A DNA stretch of 64,000 nucleotides from a virus: IMG/VR virus record IMGVR_UViG_3300042090_002485, positions 96,001 to 160,000 of that record. One strand, 5' to 3'. The position numbers were made by a program, and so were the translations under genes. Of the stretch, positions 10,301 to 19,514 are shown in pieces; within the stretch, counting starts at the first letter, position 1; each line of letters begins with the position of its first letter. The notes under the pieces were generated by a model that had not been told where the DNA came from, made no database searches, and saw only the letters and a list, made by a program, of their open reading frames with translations.

Positions 10301-10979
10301 TGTCGAACGACGGGCAACCCACGAATCGATTGTGAAAGTTCGTCAGGCGCGCCCAACGCGTGAAAAAATTCGCGGCTGGAACAGTGCGCTGGTCGGCCGG
10401 AACGACCGCGTCCATCATGCCCCGGACGGCGTTGTACAGGAAGTCGAACGGCCGCGTAATGAGCGAACTGGCCTGTCCTTGGGCTGGCAGCAGGCCCTGC
10501 TGGAAAAGCGCGAACGGGTAGACGATCTGGCTGGTCGGATTAGCGAGCTGGTTGGTCGACGAGATGGGCGCGGAGTAGCCCACCATATCGTCGAGCGTGG
10601 TCATGAACTGGACGAACAGCTGCGAGAAGATCGCGATCTGGTTGACTACCGTGAAGATGATCGACCGGCCGCCTGAGACGTTGCGGTAGCCCCACCCAGT
10701 GATCTCACCCTCGCCAAACATACGGAACGTCGGCTTGACGCTGGGGTCGACATCACAGTCGTCGAGGTAGAACACCGCGACCTGGACGCGGTCTAGGTTG
10801 CCGAGCCGGATAAGCACTGGGTCCGCGACCATCTCGACCTGCATCTCGGGCACCTGCCACACGCCGTAGCGGATCGACGCGGACTTCGCCGGGACCTCGA
10901 GGCCGTTGATGTAGACGATGAACGGCGCGGGATGCGGGCTGCTCGCCGCGAACGTGCTGACGCTTGGCGGTGTGGTCAC
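7380..10979 (-). CDS. Baseplate hub/tail-associated protein with inserted lytic transglycosylase (SLT) domain (1199 aa)
   Basis: AITKYGIPEEFALAWINHESGG...RGYFQIM...LDAGCKLARYY flanked by Pro/Thr/Ala linkers; two genes downstream of the tape measure. Confidence 0.75.
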   Translation of the reverse strand: MTTPPSVSTFAASSPHPAPFIVYINGLEVPAKSASIRYGVWQVPEMQVEMVADPVLIRLGNLDRVQVAVFYLDDCDVDPSVKPTFRMFGEGEITGWGYRNVSGGRSIIFTVVNQIAIFSQLFVQFMTTLDDMVGYSAPISSTNQLANPTSQIVYPFALFQQGLLPAQGQASSLITRPFDFLYNAVRGMMDAVVPADQRTVPAANFFTRWARLTNFHNRFVGCPSFDNLNAGNASIFPVLQAVQSTTAINTVCKNLMQQVQNTGSIWDMLQLVFQTMLMEVAMLPAMPLVSVDFASSLVLATDFASHQLVLSDVFTSGPGISGPDNAPAAAASAASASGQWVPAVSDASRAKAPLRMQNYFPKPQMLFSIPPACNVIFPSQLKTIAYEENYATQPTRLYFNDEVIAQILKVPTSGLRDSIMNALAIGYPPQADKNLQVSKTTPNLNNKNFLLYPEEFFKGPVMDRRPVPPWLFGIKQKENTKTTVPKDNPGAPPANQAPPARTGTTTPPQKASVPSNCMNCTSAQVGFGPTSPRKYLPAVEALRNDPAFKAAITKYGIPEEFALAWINHESGGNIRSLTNLNERGYFQIMGPNNGRSLAQVEAGIIGLTTADTGVNGPSLIAPRQLGPDPSPTALLSTNKAVSLDAGCKLARYYRTQVDNRYAPQFGLTGWSEGDKWRLAKAIHVGPGFFFNSPKGFIPRATTALGGTPTSWDQMFNAIAPSLTPIEQAYINNATGVGGVVSTASGSMLTAGNTQPFTASAGTPAPAAPTPATTQAPTPEPPPAPVIATATQATIAASAEDVYHLYAKYEYFRERYARRSGSATVAWNPYVVPGFPGVIFDQRATRVDLMVYLTTVQQFMSHDGQRATTLSYLYGRQFQEMFEALITEFQQNDAFARGSGPQEPINAVSDVLQSFPQAETFYQQLFCGGQQLFGRPASFDFRTVVGYESEVVGGSPEPIFIDGPDSGAQTANATTAQKILALTAQQQEISAQVALLTSQVAAAQAAEASTAQAISDGTPSTVLQAQYNEQVANTSVLQTQLNVSSAVLTSLNKQLAIQLAILQAPSSVAGIAQVQHNLDPSRVLVPLPSAQAMFDSRDAAMRYNWRPICTLDEYIIFYDVAGIGAIPAFGHPRSVGARFFERVRTFIPPPDNFAPPPGADGTTTTAVPGLNQSFPQIAANWDSALLAYRDNVLVAKAPRT

Positions 10980-11416
10980 TGGAGTGCAACTCCGAGCAGG
11001 ACGGTCGAAGCCAGAGCGCTCATACGGTAGCGTGGGTAGTCCGCGGCAGCGTAGATCCGCAACAGATCGACGTATGGCGTCGGGATCTTCGAGTAGGTCG
11101 CGAGCGCGGTGAGCGCGGGGTTCACCAGGAACGACTGCAGACGCATGTCAGAGTCGACGTCGATGTAGTGCCGGCGCTCGCAGACGGTGACCGACTGCGT
11201 GCTGGGCGGGAACGCGACGACCTTGAGCAACGCGACGCTGATCTCGGTGTCGAGCACCATCTGCAGCAGCACGCGTGCCGACGTCGTGGGCGATCGCGAC
11301 GTGGTCAACGCGTAGAGGAACCGCTGGCGCAGCTGCTCGAGCGCATAGGACGGCAACGGCTGCAGGAGTTGCAGCTCGAGCGCCGACGACGGGCCGTACC
11401 AGCAGGCGGCGCTCAC
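10976..11416 (-). CDS. Hypothetical protein in the tail operon (146 aa)
   Basis: 4-nt start/stop overlaps with both neighbours. Confidence 0.65.
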   Translation of the reverse strand: MSAACWYGPSSALELQLLQPLPSYALEQLRQRFLYALTTSRSPTTSARVLLQMVLDTEISVALLKVVAFPPSTQSVTVCERRHYIDVDSDMRLQSFLVNPALTALATYSKIPTPYVDLLRIYAAADYPRYRMSALASTVLLGVALQ

Positions 11417-12414
11417 TCGAACCCCGTAGCAAACGATGGCGGCGGAACGGGCGCCCCCGGGTTGATGTTGCCGCGGATGTTGCTGGTCGGCGACGGTGGC
11501 TGGCTCGCCGCGTTCGCGGCCGCGACGGTCTGCTGCTGTGCAGTCTGCGACGCGTCAACCACGTTGGTGTTCTGCGCCGCGCCGGCGGTCGACGTAGCGG
11601 CTGGGATCGGCGGCGGCACCGCAACCGCGGTTACGCCCTTGGTCTGTACGGTGCCGATCGACGACAGGTTGGCGACCGCAAGGTCAGCCGCGAGCTGAAC
11701 GTACTGCGACTGGTTGACCTTGGCGAACGGCAGGTTGGTCTGGATAACGTAGTCCTTCACCAGGAAGGAGAACGAGAACGGTACCGCCAGCTCGTTGTCG
11801 GCGTTGAGCGTCTGCTGGTGTGCGAGCATCGTGCCCGACACGATCACCGAGTCATAGCGCAGGCGCGCGAGCGCGCCGCGGCGCGCCAGCTGGGTACCGC
11901 GCAGCAGCGCGCTGTATGCGCGCAGGAAGCCTGAGCGCTGGTCATCCTGCAGCGAGTTGAGCAGGAAGCCGGAGTACTCGAACCGCGGCGGCTCCTGGCC
12001 GAAGAAGAACGCGACGTAATCGTCCGACAGCACCTTGTCGAGCTGAACGACCTCCTGGAACCGCTCGCTGGCCTGACTCAGGAAGAAGTCAACGAAGCCG
12101 GTGCCGCCGCCTGGGCCAGCAATCATCACCTGCGCGAGCGCCTTTGTTGCGGGGTCGGACGGCAGGCTGTTCAGAAACGCGGTGCGCACCGCCGGGTCGA
12201 CCGAACCGTCGCCTAGAGTCGGCAGCGAAATGTAGAGCCGCGCCAGCGTGTCCTTGTACTCGGCGTCGCGCGGCTGCCACTTCGCGTACTTCGGCGTCAT
12301 CAGCGGATTCAGGCCGAAGACGCCCTGTTGCCCAGGGCTGGTACCGCCGTTGTTCGCGGCGACGAAAGGCAGCGCGAAGGGCGGGCCGCTACCGAAGGGT
12401 CCTGTGCTAGCCAC
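11413..12414 (-). CDS. Tail tube initiator/hub-like structural protein (333 aa)
   Basis: Directly after the tape measure; beta-rich core ...FFFGQEPPRFEYSGFLLN...VPFSFSFLVKDY and a low-complexity tail. Confidence 0.5.
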   Translation of the reverse strand: MASTGPFGSGPPFALPFVAANNGGTSPGQQGVFGLNPLMTPKYAKWQPRDAEYKDTLARLYISLPTLGDGSVDPAVRTAFLNSLPSDPATKALAQVMIAGPGGGTGFVDFFLSQASERFQEVVQLDKVLSDDYVAFFFGQEPPRFEYSGFLLNSLQDDQRSGFLRAYSALLRGTQLARRGALARLRYDSVIVSGTMLAHQQTLNADNELAVPFSFSFLVKDYVIQTNLPFAKVNQSQYVQLAADLAVANLSSIGTVQTKGVTAVAVPPPIPAATSTAGAAQNTNVVDASQTAQQQTVAAANAASQPPSPTSNIRGNINPGAPVPPPSFATGFE

Positions 12415-15400
12415 TTAGCCGCCTCCCTTCAAGGCCTGCTTCCACACGGCGGCCGCGTCCAGCTTCGCGTCATCGCCATGGCCGGCCATGATCTTGACCG
12501 CGTCGGCAAACAACCGCACAGAGTCGGAGAACATCTTCTGCGACGGGTCGGTCGCGGCCTGGCCGGTGTCGTCCTCCGCGCGGTCCGCCTCGTCGGAAAG
12601 CTTGGCGTAGTCCTTGTCCAGCTGATCAAACACCGAGCTGGCAGCGTCGGAGTGGCGCATCGTCCGGTTCGTCGGCCCGGCCGCGCCGACGACGTCCTGC
12701 AGCTTGGCAGTGTTCCCCGTCTTCTTGAACTCCATGATGGCGGCTTTCGTCTTGGGGTCGAGCGCGTCTAACTCGTCGCCCTCGCTGATCGACTTGGCCG
12801 CTTCTTCGACGGACATACCGGTGAGGTCTTTGCGTCCTGTCTTCGACGCGAGGTTCTGCAAGAACTCCTTTTCAGCGGCGATCTGCATCTTGCCGGTGAG
12901 TCCCTCCTCGGCCTTGCCTAGGCGCGTCAGCACACCCCCCGCGCCTCCTTCTTTGTACGCGGCCGTGGGTTGGAGTGTCGACATGAGCGCGCCCGCTGCG
13001 TCCTTCGAGAGCGACTGCGCGAGCGTCTTGGCCTCGCGCATCTTTTTCCCGTAGTCCTTGCCGAGCCGCTTCTGCATGTCGGCGTCAACGACCGCGGCGC
13101 CACGCTGTTCCTGGTAGGTCCCTGATGTGTTCGCTCGGATGGTGGCGGCCAGCGCCACGACGTCCTTGTCATGGCCGCCAAGCACCGCCTTCACCTCCTG
13201 GGCGGTCTTGTCGTTCATGTCGAACATCCACGACTCGTCGAGCTTGCTCTTGACGGCCTTCTCGGCTTCGTCGGTCGACTGCCCTATGTCGACAGCGCCT
13301 GCCCGCGCCGCGACTTCCTGCGCCTTGACGAGCGGCTCGGCGAGTTCCTTGTTGCCGCTGGCCTTGACGTCTTCAATGACGCTGGCCATGACCTGATTCT
13401 TGGTCTGCCGCCAAGCAGCACCGGCCTCCTGACGCGTCATGCCTTGGTTCGTTGCCTCCTGCATCCAGGACTCCTTGAAGTCGGACTCCGCGAACGCGGA
13501 TGCTGACTTGATGAGTCCCGCCTTCATGCCCTGGAGCTTGCGCACTACGTTCTGGGTGGTCGCGCCGAGGATCGCCCCGGCGTTGAACTTCTTTCCCGGA
13601 GTCTTGCTCGCGTCGGAGATGCGTTGGTACATCGTGTCGAGCTGATCGGCGGTCTGCGGGGCGGCTCCAGCGGCGCGCCCGACGCCCGTGACGTCTTGGA
13701 CGCGCCGCCGCGCGTCCTGCGCGTCGCCGAACGTCTCGCCGAAGCTCGTGAAGCGCCCCTGGCTGTAGTCCGCAATTGCGGCGATTCGGTTGTCATCGCT
13801 TTCGGAAGCGAGACCCAAGAAACTGCCGATGCGGTTGATGGACCGCCTGTTGATGGCGCCCACACCTCGGCCAAGATCATTGGATAAAGACGTGCCGCCG
13901 CCCTTGAGGAGGAATCCTCGCTGGAGCCCGCGCTTGAGCATCGCGCGCTCTGCCGCGTCGTGTGCGATGTCGACGTCGTCGTAGCGGCTGATCCGCTCGC
14001 CGGCGTCGGCCGCCGCCTCATCCTCGCCGACGCGATCGAGGCGCTCGGATAGGCTGCGGAACGGCGACGAGATCGCGTCGCCGGCGGCGCCGAGCTTGTC
14101 GCGAATGCCCCGGCCCATCCGCGTCATCAAGCCCGGCGTACGGAAGCTCTCGCGGTGCGCGCGCTCCTCCTCCATCAGCTCGCGCCGGCGCACACGGTTC
14201 TGCTGCATCATCCCCTGCCAGTAGCGCCGGCTGCCGAACTGGTGCTCGAGGACGCCGGCCTCCTCCGCGCTGATGCCCGCGGTCTGCTGTAGCGCGGAGC
14301 CGAGGTTCATCGTCGGCACGGCGGCCTGGAGCTGGCGCGCCTGCGCGAGCATCATCTGCTGCATCTCACCAGGCCGGAGCTGCTGCGCGATCTGGTCCTT
14401 CAGCTCCTGCTTGTGGGTGTTCCACTCGAAGATGCCCGTCTTCCCCATGTTGAGGAGCGAGTCGGCGGCAGCGCGCTGCACCTCCTGGAACGACATGTTC
14501 TGGGTCGCGCGATAGCGATCCATGTCGACCGTCATGTGGCCCTTGGAATCGCGGCCCATCGCGGCGAGCAGGTACTGCTCGTTCTGCATCGCGGCGAGTC
14601 CGCCGCGCGCGTTGAGCTGTCCCAAGCCGCTGACGCCGCCGACGCGTGCCAGGCCGATCTCGCCGACCGCGCCCGACGACGCCGCAACATTAGCGGAGCC
14701 CGCGCCGAACATCGCCGCGTTCGCACCGGTCGCGCCAACCAGGCCGTACTGCGCCGCAAGGTCTCCGCCCGCCATCATCGTGGCGGTCATTTGCGCCTGC
14801 GACTGTCCGGCCATGCGCGCGAACGTCGCGCGGTTCGCCACTGCACCTGCCTGCGCGGCGAGACCCTGGAAGCCGAGGTCACGCATCTGGCCAAGCGAAC
14901 GGATGGCATCGCGGACGTCGGGGTCGCCCGTGATCCTCATCAGCATCTTGACGGTCTTGGAGATCTCCTTGACCTTCTGGACGATCTGGTCGGGCGCCTG
15001 CGTGCCGGTGAGCAAGCCTTGCTCAGCGGACATCGACATGATGCGCATCGCATCTTGGGTGTTGAATCCAGTGCGCTCAAAGTCGTGGTCGCGGTTCAGG
15101 TGGCGGATGCCCGACGCGATGTCGCGCGCACCCTGCGCGGAGAACCCTTGACCCGTCGCCGAGTTCAGGTTCGCGCCGGTGACCATGAACGGCGCAGTCA
15201 TCTGCTGGATCTGGCGGCCGCGCGCGAAGTCCTGCGTGACCGGGTTGAAGATCGTGTTGGCGACGACGCCGCCGACCTTGTTGCCGAGCCAGCTGCCCGC
15301 CATCGTGCCAAGCGGACCGAACATCGAGCCAATGGCGCCGCCGAGCATCGACCCACCAATGCCGAGCGCGCCCTCGCCGACGCCCGCGATTGCACCCATC

Positions 15401-15876
15401 ATCTGCGCCTGATGGTGCCCGTGGAACTGCAGCCCTTGCATCGCGGGCGACATGAAGTGCGCGCCCGGCATCGTCGGTGCCATCGGGTTGAAGATCGACG
15501 GCATCGACGCGGCAGCAGATCCAAAGCCGCCACCGAACCCCGGTACGCCGCCACCGAACCCGCGTGGCCCCGGCATCGGGGAGTACGCCGCCATCGCGCT
15601 GAGCGCGGGCATCGGCGCCGACGGCGGCGGCATGTAGCGCGTCGCCTGCGCGGCGTGCAGCGTCTGCTGCATCATGGCCTGCTGTGCGGCCATCGCATCG
15701 GCAGCAGCCTCTGCTGGGTGGCGAATTGGTGGTGGCGGCGGTGCAACTTGGAACGGTGCTGGCGCGCCCGCCATCGACTGCGCCATGGGCATCGGAAGCA
15801 GCCCCAAGTTCTGCTGCATGGCCGAGAATCCGGCCATCATCTGGCGGATCGTCTCGTTCGACTGCTGATCGGCCAC
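12415..15876 (-). CDS. Tape measure protein (1153 aa)
   Basis: Long Ala/Gly/Met/Gln-rich helical protein directly downstream of a frameshifted chaperone pair; GGSMLGGAIGSMFGPLGTMAGSWLG segment typical of TMPs. Confidence 0.75.
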   Translation of the reverse strand: MADQQSNETIRQMMAGFSAMQQNLGLLPMPMAQSMAGAPAPFQVAPPPPPIRHPAEAAADAMAAQQAMMQQTLHAAQATRYMPPPSAPMPALSAMAAYSPMPGPRGFGGGVPGFGGGFGSAAASMPSIFNPMAPTMPGAHFMSPAMQGLQFHGHHQAQMMGAIAGVGEGALGIGGSMLGGAIGSMFGPLGTMAGSWLGNKVGGVVANTIFNPVTQDFARGRQIQQMTAPFMVTGANLNSATGQGFSAQGARDIASGIRHLNRDHDFERTGFNTQDAMRIMSMSAEQGLLTGTQAPDQIVQKVKEISKTVKMLMRITGDPDVRDAIRSLGQMRDLGFQGLAAQAGAVANRATFARMAGQSQAQMTATMMAGGDLAAQYGLVGATGANAAMFGAGSANVAASSGAVGEIGLARVGGVSGLGQLNARGGLAAMQNEQYLLAAMGRDSKGHMTVDMDRYRATQNMSFQEVQRAAADSLLNMGKTGIFEWNTHKQELKDQIAQQLRPGEMQQMMLAQARQLQAAVPTMNLGSALQQTAGISAEEAGVLEHQFGSRRYWQGMMQQNRVRRRELMEEERAHRESFRTPGLMTRMGRGIRDKLGAAGDAISSPFRSLSERLDRVGEDEAAADAGERISRYDDVDIAHDAAERAMLKRGLQRGFLLKGGGTSLSNDLGRGVGAINRRSINRIGSFLGLASESDDNRIAAIADYSQGRFTSFGETFGDAQDARRRVQDVTGVGRAAGAAPQTADQLDTMYQRISDASKTPGKKFNAGAILGATTQNVVRKLQGMKAGLIKSASAFAESDFKESWMQEATNQGMTRQEAGAAWRQTKNQVMASVIEDVKASGNKELAEPLVKAQEVAARAGAVDIGQSTDEAEKAVKSKLDESWMFDMNDKTAQEVKAVLGGHDKDVVALAATIRANTSGTYQEQRGAAVVDADMQKRLGKDYGKKMREAKTLAQSLSKDAAGALMSTLQPTAAYKEGGAGGVLTRLGKAEEGLTGKMQIAAEKEFLQNLASKTGRKDLTGMSVEEAAKSISEGDELDALDPKTKAAIMEFKKTGNTAKLQDVVGAAGPTNRTMRHSDAASSVFDQLDKDYAKLSDEADRAEDDTGQAATDPSQKMFSDSVRLFADAVKIMAGHGDDAKLDAAAVWKQALKGGG

Positions 15877-15906
15877 GGCGACCCTTATTGTAGGAGATCT
15901 GCTGAG

Positions 15907-16326
15907 TTACTTGTTCTGCTTGGGCTTTTTCGAGGCCTTCTCGGCGGCGATCTTCCTGTCGACATACTCCCCCATCTTGTCGAGCACGCGCAGCGCGTTT
16001 TCATCACGAAGTCGGCGGTCGCGTATCGCGGCCTGCGTCGCACGGCGATGGGCGACCTTGCGTCGCAAGAGGTCAGCATCGTAGGTCTCCTGGAACACCT
16101 CGGTCGCGTACTCCGCCACGATCGGGCCGAACGTTGTGTTGGCGTCGACGCCGAACACCCGCGCGATCATCTTGGCAATCGCGTCGACGTGGGCAACACG
16201 CTCCTGGCGTTCCCGGAAGACCATCTCGCGCATCAGGCGGTCCTCGACCGAGCCATAGGGCGCGAGCGGTACGCCACGTGCGAACAGGACCGCGCGCGCG
16301 TTGCCTCCCGGGTTACCTAGAAATTT
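15907..16326 (-). CDS. Tail assembly chaperone, -1 frame extension (gpT-like part of a G-T fusion)
   Basis: Frame is open from the slippery site at 16326 (..FLGNPGGNARAVLFARGVPLAPYGSVEDRL) into the ORF MREMVFRERQ... (ATG 16233, stop 15907). Confidence 0.7.
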   Translation of the reverse strand, partial: KFLGNPGGNARAVLFARGVPLAPYGSVEDRLMREMVFRERQERVAHVDAIAKMIARVFGVDANTTFGPIVAEYATEVFQETYDADLLRRKVAHRRATQAAIRDRRLRDENALRVLDKMGEYVDRKIAAEKASKKPKQNK

Positions 16327-16940
16327 TCGATGGTGCCCTCCTCGAGGGCGGTTGCGACCTGGTTGTCGAACGTGAAGAGCTTCTTGAACAGCAGGGGCAG
16401 CACCGGATCGGCGAGCCCATCGACGTAGGCAAGCCGCTCGGCATACGCCTTCTCGACGACATCGGCTGCCACCTTGCGCGTGTCGGGATACTCGAGCTTC
16501 TGCGAACCGAATTGCTCGAGCGATGCCGCGAGCAAGAGCCGGCTCTGTGCTTGATAGTAGTGCGCGTCGAGCGACCAGCGCTGCGCCTCGAGCATCTCGT
16601 TGGCCCGGCGCGAATCGCGCGCGCCACGGGTGCGCAACCGGATCTTGATCGTCCGGGTGAGCGGGATCTCCTCGGAGTAGAACCCACGCGACATGATCGC
16701 ATCGATGATCATGGCGGCCTTTTCCTTGGTGAGCTTGGCTGCCTTGAGCTTGTCCTCGTAGGACGCCATCGGCTTGAGCGCCGCTTCCGCGCGAGAGGCT
16801 TCCTCGCTGAGAACAGCCTCCGCCTGCACCAGCGCGTCGTGGGTTGCGCCGCTCGGCGCGGCGCCGGGCGCGGTCGACGTGGGCCGCGGCACCACGGGCT
16901 TGGAGAAGTCACCGATGCGAGGCTCGTCCGAGTTGGCCAT
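16317..16940 (-). CDS. Tail assembly chaperone (gpG-like, 207 aa)
   Basis: ATG 16940 MANSDEPRIG...EEGTIENF*; ends on a slippery heptamer upstream of the tape measure. Confidence 0.75.
   Translation of the reverse strand: MANSDEPRIGDFSKPVVPRPTSTAPGAAPSGATHDALVQAEAVLSEEASRAEAALKPMASYEDKLKAAKLTKEKAAMIIDAIMSRGFYSEEIPLTRTIKIRLRTRGARDSRRANEMLEAQRWSLDAHYYQAQSRLLLAASLEQFGSQKLEYPDTRKVAADVVEKAYAERLAYVDGLADPVLPLLFKKLFTFDNQVATALEEGTIENF
16320..16326 (-). other. Programmed -1 ribosomal frameshift heptamer A AAT TTC
   Basis: In-frame X XXY YYZ heptamer immediately before the TAG; the -1 frame continues to 15907. Confidence 0.75.
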
Positions 16941-16976
16941 CGTTATTTGGTACAAGGAAACGACGCCGGACACAAT

Positions 16977-16991
16977 GTTTACCGCACCAAC
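16977..16991. promoter_or_regulatory. GTT-N9-AAC element in the divergent intergenic region
   Basis: Minus strand GTTGGTGCGGTAAACATTG matches 17/19 nt of the copy at 32364 (GTTGGTGCGATAAACATGG); lies between the tail operon and DinG starts. Confidence 0.6.
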
Positions 16992-17012
16992 ATCATGGTA
17001 GAAGGGAGAACC

Positions 17013-19133
17013 GTGCCGACGCTCCAAGAACTGCTCTCCAACCCCGCTCACGGTCTCGTCAAGGAAGCGCGTCCCGCTCAGCTCGCGATGGCCGCAGCTG
17101 TCGAGCAGGTCTTGCGTGACGGTGGAGCTTACTTCGTCGAGGCGCCGGTTGCTACCGGCAAGACGTACGCGTACCTGCTGCCTGCGCTGCTCGCTCAAGG
17201 CAAGCGCGTTGTGGTGGCGACCGCCAAGAAGCAGCTGCAAGACCAGATCGTCGAGAAGGACTTCCCCGCGCTCAAGCGCATCCTCGGCATCCGCGCCGCT
17301 TCGATGGTGGCCACGCCGCTCAAGGGCAAGGGCACCTACGCTTGCCAGCTCGCGGCCAATGCGATCCTGGACCGCGGCGACGAAGACCGCACGGTGTTCG
17401 ACCGGTTCCTGGCGCGCTCGCTCTATGGCGACCGAGCCGACTACGGCGGCGCTGTGCCAGCGTGGTGGTCACAGGCCACCGCGGAAGACTGCGTCGGCAA
17501 GCGCTGCGCTTACTTTAGCGACTGCGGCTATATCCGCCTCAAGCAAGCCGTGCGCGAGTCCCAGCTCGTCGTCGTCAACCATCACGTCCTGGGTGCCGAC
17601 ATGTTCTTGGGCCTGGGCAAGATGGTGGGTGGCGCCTACGACGTCCTGGTCGTCGATGAGGCCCACACGCTCGCCGCCGGTATCCGCGCTGCGTTCTCGC
17701 ACAAGCTCGGCGAGGACTCGATCGGCCAGGTCTGGGAGCTGCTCAAGCGCACAGGCCTGGTGTTCCCGCAACTGCGAAAGCTGCTCGAGCCGTGGGGCGC
17801 GATGTTCGAGGCTGTCCCCGATCGCGGGTTCGAGTCGAAGTCGCGCGAGGCTCCGGTATTCCCCGGCGGCATGGCCGCCGCGATCATCGAGAACCTGCGG
17901 CTCGCCGCGGGTGAGCTGGCCAAGACGCTGACGACGTTCGGCGGCACCGCGTTCGAAGACGCGCCGGAGGAGATGCCAGAGGACATCTACGTCGACGGCG
18001 AGCCGATCGAGGCCATCGAGGTGGACAAGGCCGCGCACGCGATTGCGGTCGAGGAGGAGAATGCGCGCGTTCAGGGCGTGCTGACCCAAGCCCAGAAGCG
18101 CGTCGACCAGCTGCTCCGCGGTTTGTCGACAGCGCAGGGCGTGGTCGAGCCGGACACCACCATCACCGACCCCGAGCAGGTAGAGATGCGGCGCGCGCGC
18201 ATCTTGGCCAACACGGCGATCTACTCGACGGTCGATGACCGCGGGCGCTTCGCAGTCAAGTGCGAGCCCGTGAGCGTAGGTGGCATCGCTGGGCGCTACC
18301 TCGCCGCGCTCAAGACGGTCGTGGTGTGCAGCGCGACACTCGCGCACGACAGCAAGTTCGAGCACGTCGAGAACATGACCGGCCTATCTCCGGTCAAAGC
18401 CGAGGTCCTGCCGACGTCGTTCGACTACGACAAGCAGGGCTTCGTGTTCATCCCGCGGGGGCTGGCCATCCCCGGGCGCAAGGACCCGGAGTACGACGCC
18501 GTCATGCGCAAGCGCGTCGACATGGCGGTGCGCCTGGTCGAGCTGTCCGAGGGCGGCGCGTTCATCTTGACCACCGCAAACGACGAGCTGGATGCCTTCG
18601 CGACCGCACTCAAGCAGCGCTTCCCGGGCCGCACGTTCGCGCAGGGCCACCGCAAGAACCCATGGGACGGTGACCCCAACGCCGCGCTCGCCAAGTTCAA
18701 GACGACGCGCGACTCCGTGCTGGTCGGCTCGAAGTCGTTCTGGGAGGGTGTCGATGTACCCGGCGGCGACCTTCGCCTGGTGATCGTCGCGAAGCTGCCG
18801 TTCCCGCACTTCAACGACCCGATCATCAAGGCCCGCGAACGGCTCGCGGGCGACAACGCGTTCCGTGACGTCCAGCTCGTAGACATGTTGGTTGACCTGC
18901 GCCAAGGCGTCGGGCGGCTCATCCGTACGCGCGCGGACCGCGGCTGCGTCGCCATCCTAGATTCCCGGATCTGGGAGAAGGGCTACGGCGGGCTCGTGCG
19001 CCGCGCGTTGCCGTGGTCGAACAACCTGGTGACGTCGGACTTCGCGAACTGCGAGAAGATCCTGCCGCGCTACGTGGCGTACTTCCGGCGTCAAGCCCTC
19101 GCAGGTAGCTCCGCTCTGGCGTTTGTGGGATAA
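17013..19133 (+). CDS. dinG: DinG/YoaA-family ATP-dependent Fe-S helicase
   Basis: EAPVATGKT, ATAKKQLQDQ, LKGKGTYAC, CVGKRC...C, VVDEAH, CSATL, SFWEGVD, KLPFP, QGVGRLIR; GTG start after GGGAG (alternative ATG 16995). Confidence 0.93.
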   Translation: MPTLQELLSNPAHGLVKEARPAQLAMAAAVEQVLRDGGAYFVEAPVATGKTYAYLLPALLAQGKRVVVATAKKQLQDQIVEKDFPALKRILGIRAASMVATPLKGKGTYACQLAANAILDRGDEDRTVFDRFLARSLYGDRADYGGAVPAWWSQATAEDCVGKRCAYFSDCGYIRLKQAVRESQLVVVNHHVLGADMFLGLGKMVGGAYDVLVVDEAHTLAAGIRAAFSHKLGEDSIGQVWELLKRTGLVFPQLRKLLEPWGAMFEAVPDRGFESKSREAPVFPGGMAAAIIENLRLAAGELAKTLTTFGGTAFEDAPEEMPEDIYVDGEPIEAIEVDKAAHAIAVEEENARVQGVLTQAQKRVDQLLRGLSTAQGVVEPDTTITDPEQVEMRRARILANTAIYSTVDDRGRFAVKCEPVSVGGIAGRYLAALKTVVVCSATLAHDSKFEHVENMTGLSPVKAEVLPTSFDYDKQGFVFIPRGLAIPGRKDPEYDAVMRKRVDMAVRLVELSEGGAFILTTANDELDAFATALKQRFPGRTFAQGHRKNPWDGDPNAALAKFKTTRDSVLVGSKSFWEGVDVPGGDLRLVIVAKLPFPHFNDPIIKARERLAGDNAFRDVQLVDMLVDLRQGVGRLIRTRADRGCVAILDSRIWEKGYGGLVRRALPWSNNLVTSDFANCEKILPRYVAYFRRQALAGSSALAFVG

Positions 19134-19135
19134 AC
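19121..19135 (+). promoter_or_regulatory. GTT-N6-ATAAAC element
   Basis: GTTTGTGGGATAAAC, 26 nt upstream of the XRE gene ATG. Confidence 0.6.
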
Positions 19136-19161
19136 CTGCAACGACTATCATTCCGCTCGCA

Positions 19162-19368
19162 ATGCACGCCAAGGACTATGACGCCCTGCTCAAGGAACTG
19201 CGCGAGACGCGGGAAGCCCGCGGCATGACGCAGGCACAGGTTGCCCAGGGCATCAAGCTGTCGCGGGCGCAGTACACGGCAATCGAACGCGGCCGCTCCC
19301 TGCTCAACTGGACCCACCTGAAGCGCTTGGCCAAGGTCCTCAAGCGCAGCTGGGTCATCAAGGCATGA
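19162..19368 (+). CDS. XRE/Cro-C1 family HTH regulator (68 aa)
   Basis: LRETREARGMTQAQVAQGIKLSRAQYTAIERGR...LKRLAKVL. Confidence 0.9.
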   Translation: MHAKDYDALLKELRETREARGMTQAQVAQGIKLSRAQYTAIERGRSLLNWTHLKRLAKVLKRSWVIKA

Positions 19369-19514
19369 CTGCCGGCCGCCCCAAGGGCACGCGCGTCGTG
19401 GTGTGTCGCTGTGGGTGGCGCGTGACGGGCCATGGCGAGTCGGGCACGTGCACCACGTGCGGTGCGCGCGTCCGCTTCCCCAAGCGCAAGCGCAGGAAGG
19501 CCAAGAAGTCATGA
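19365..19514 (+). CDS. Small zinc-ribbon basic protein (49 aa)
   Basis: MTAGRPKGTRVVVCRCGW...CTTCGARVRFPKRKRRKAKKS; ATGA overlaps on both sides. Confidence 0.65.
   Translation: MTAGRPKGTRVVVCRCGWRVTGHGESGTCTTCGARVRFPKRKRRKAKKS

Noticed and set aside
14413-16320. 635-aa plus-strand ORF
   Set aside because: Antisense shadow of the tape measure and chaperone genes; Arg/His-rich composition typical of GC-rich off-frames.
16134-17012. N-terminal extension of DinG in the ORF track (999 aa)
   Set aside because: Overlaps the chaperone gene on the other strand; helicase motifs and the RBS begin at about 16995-17013.
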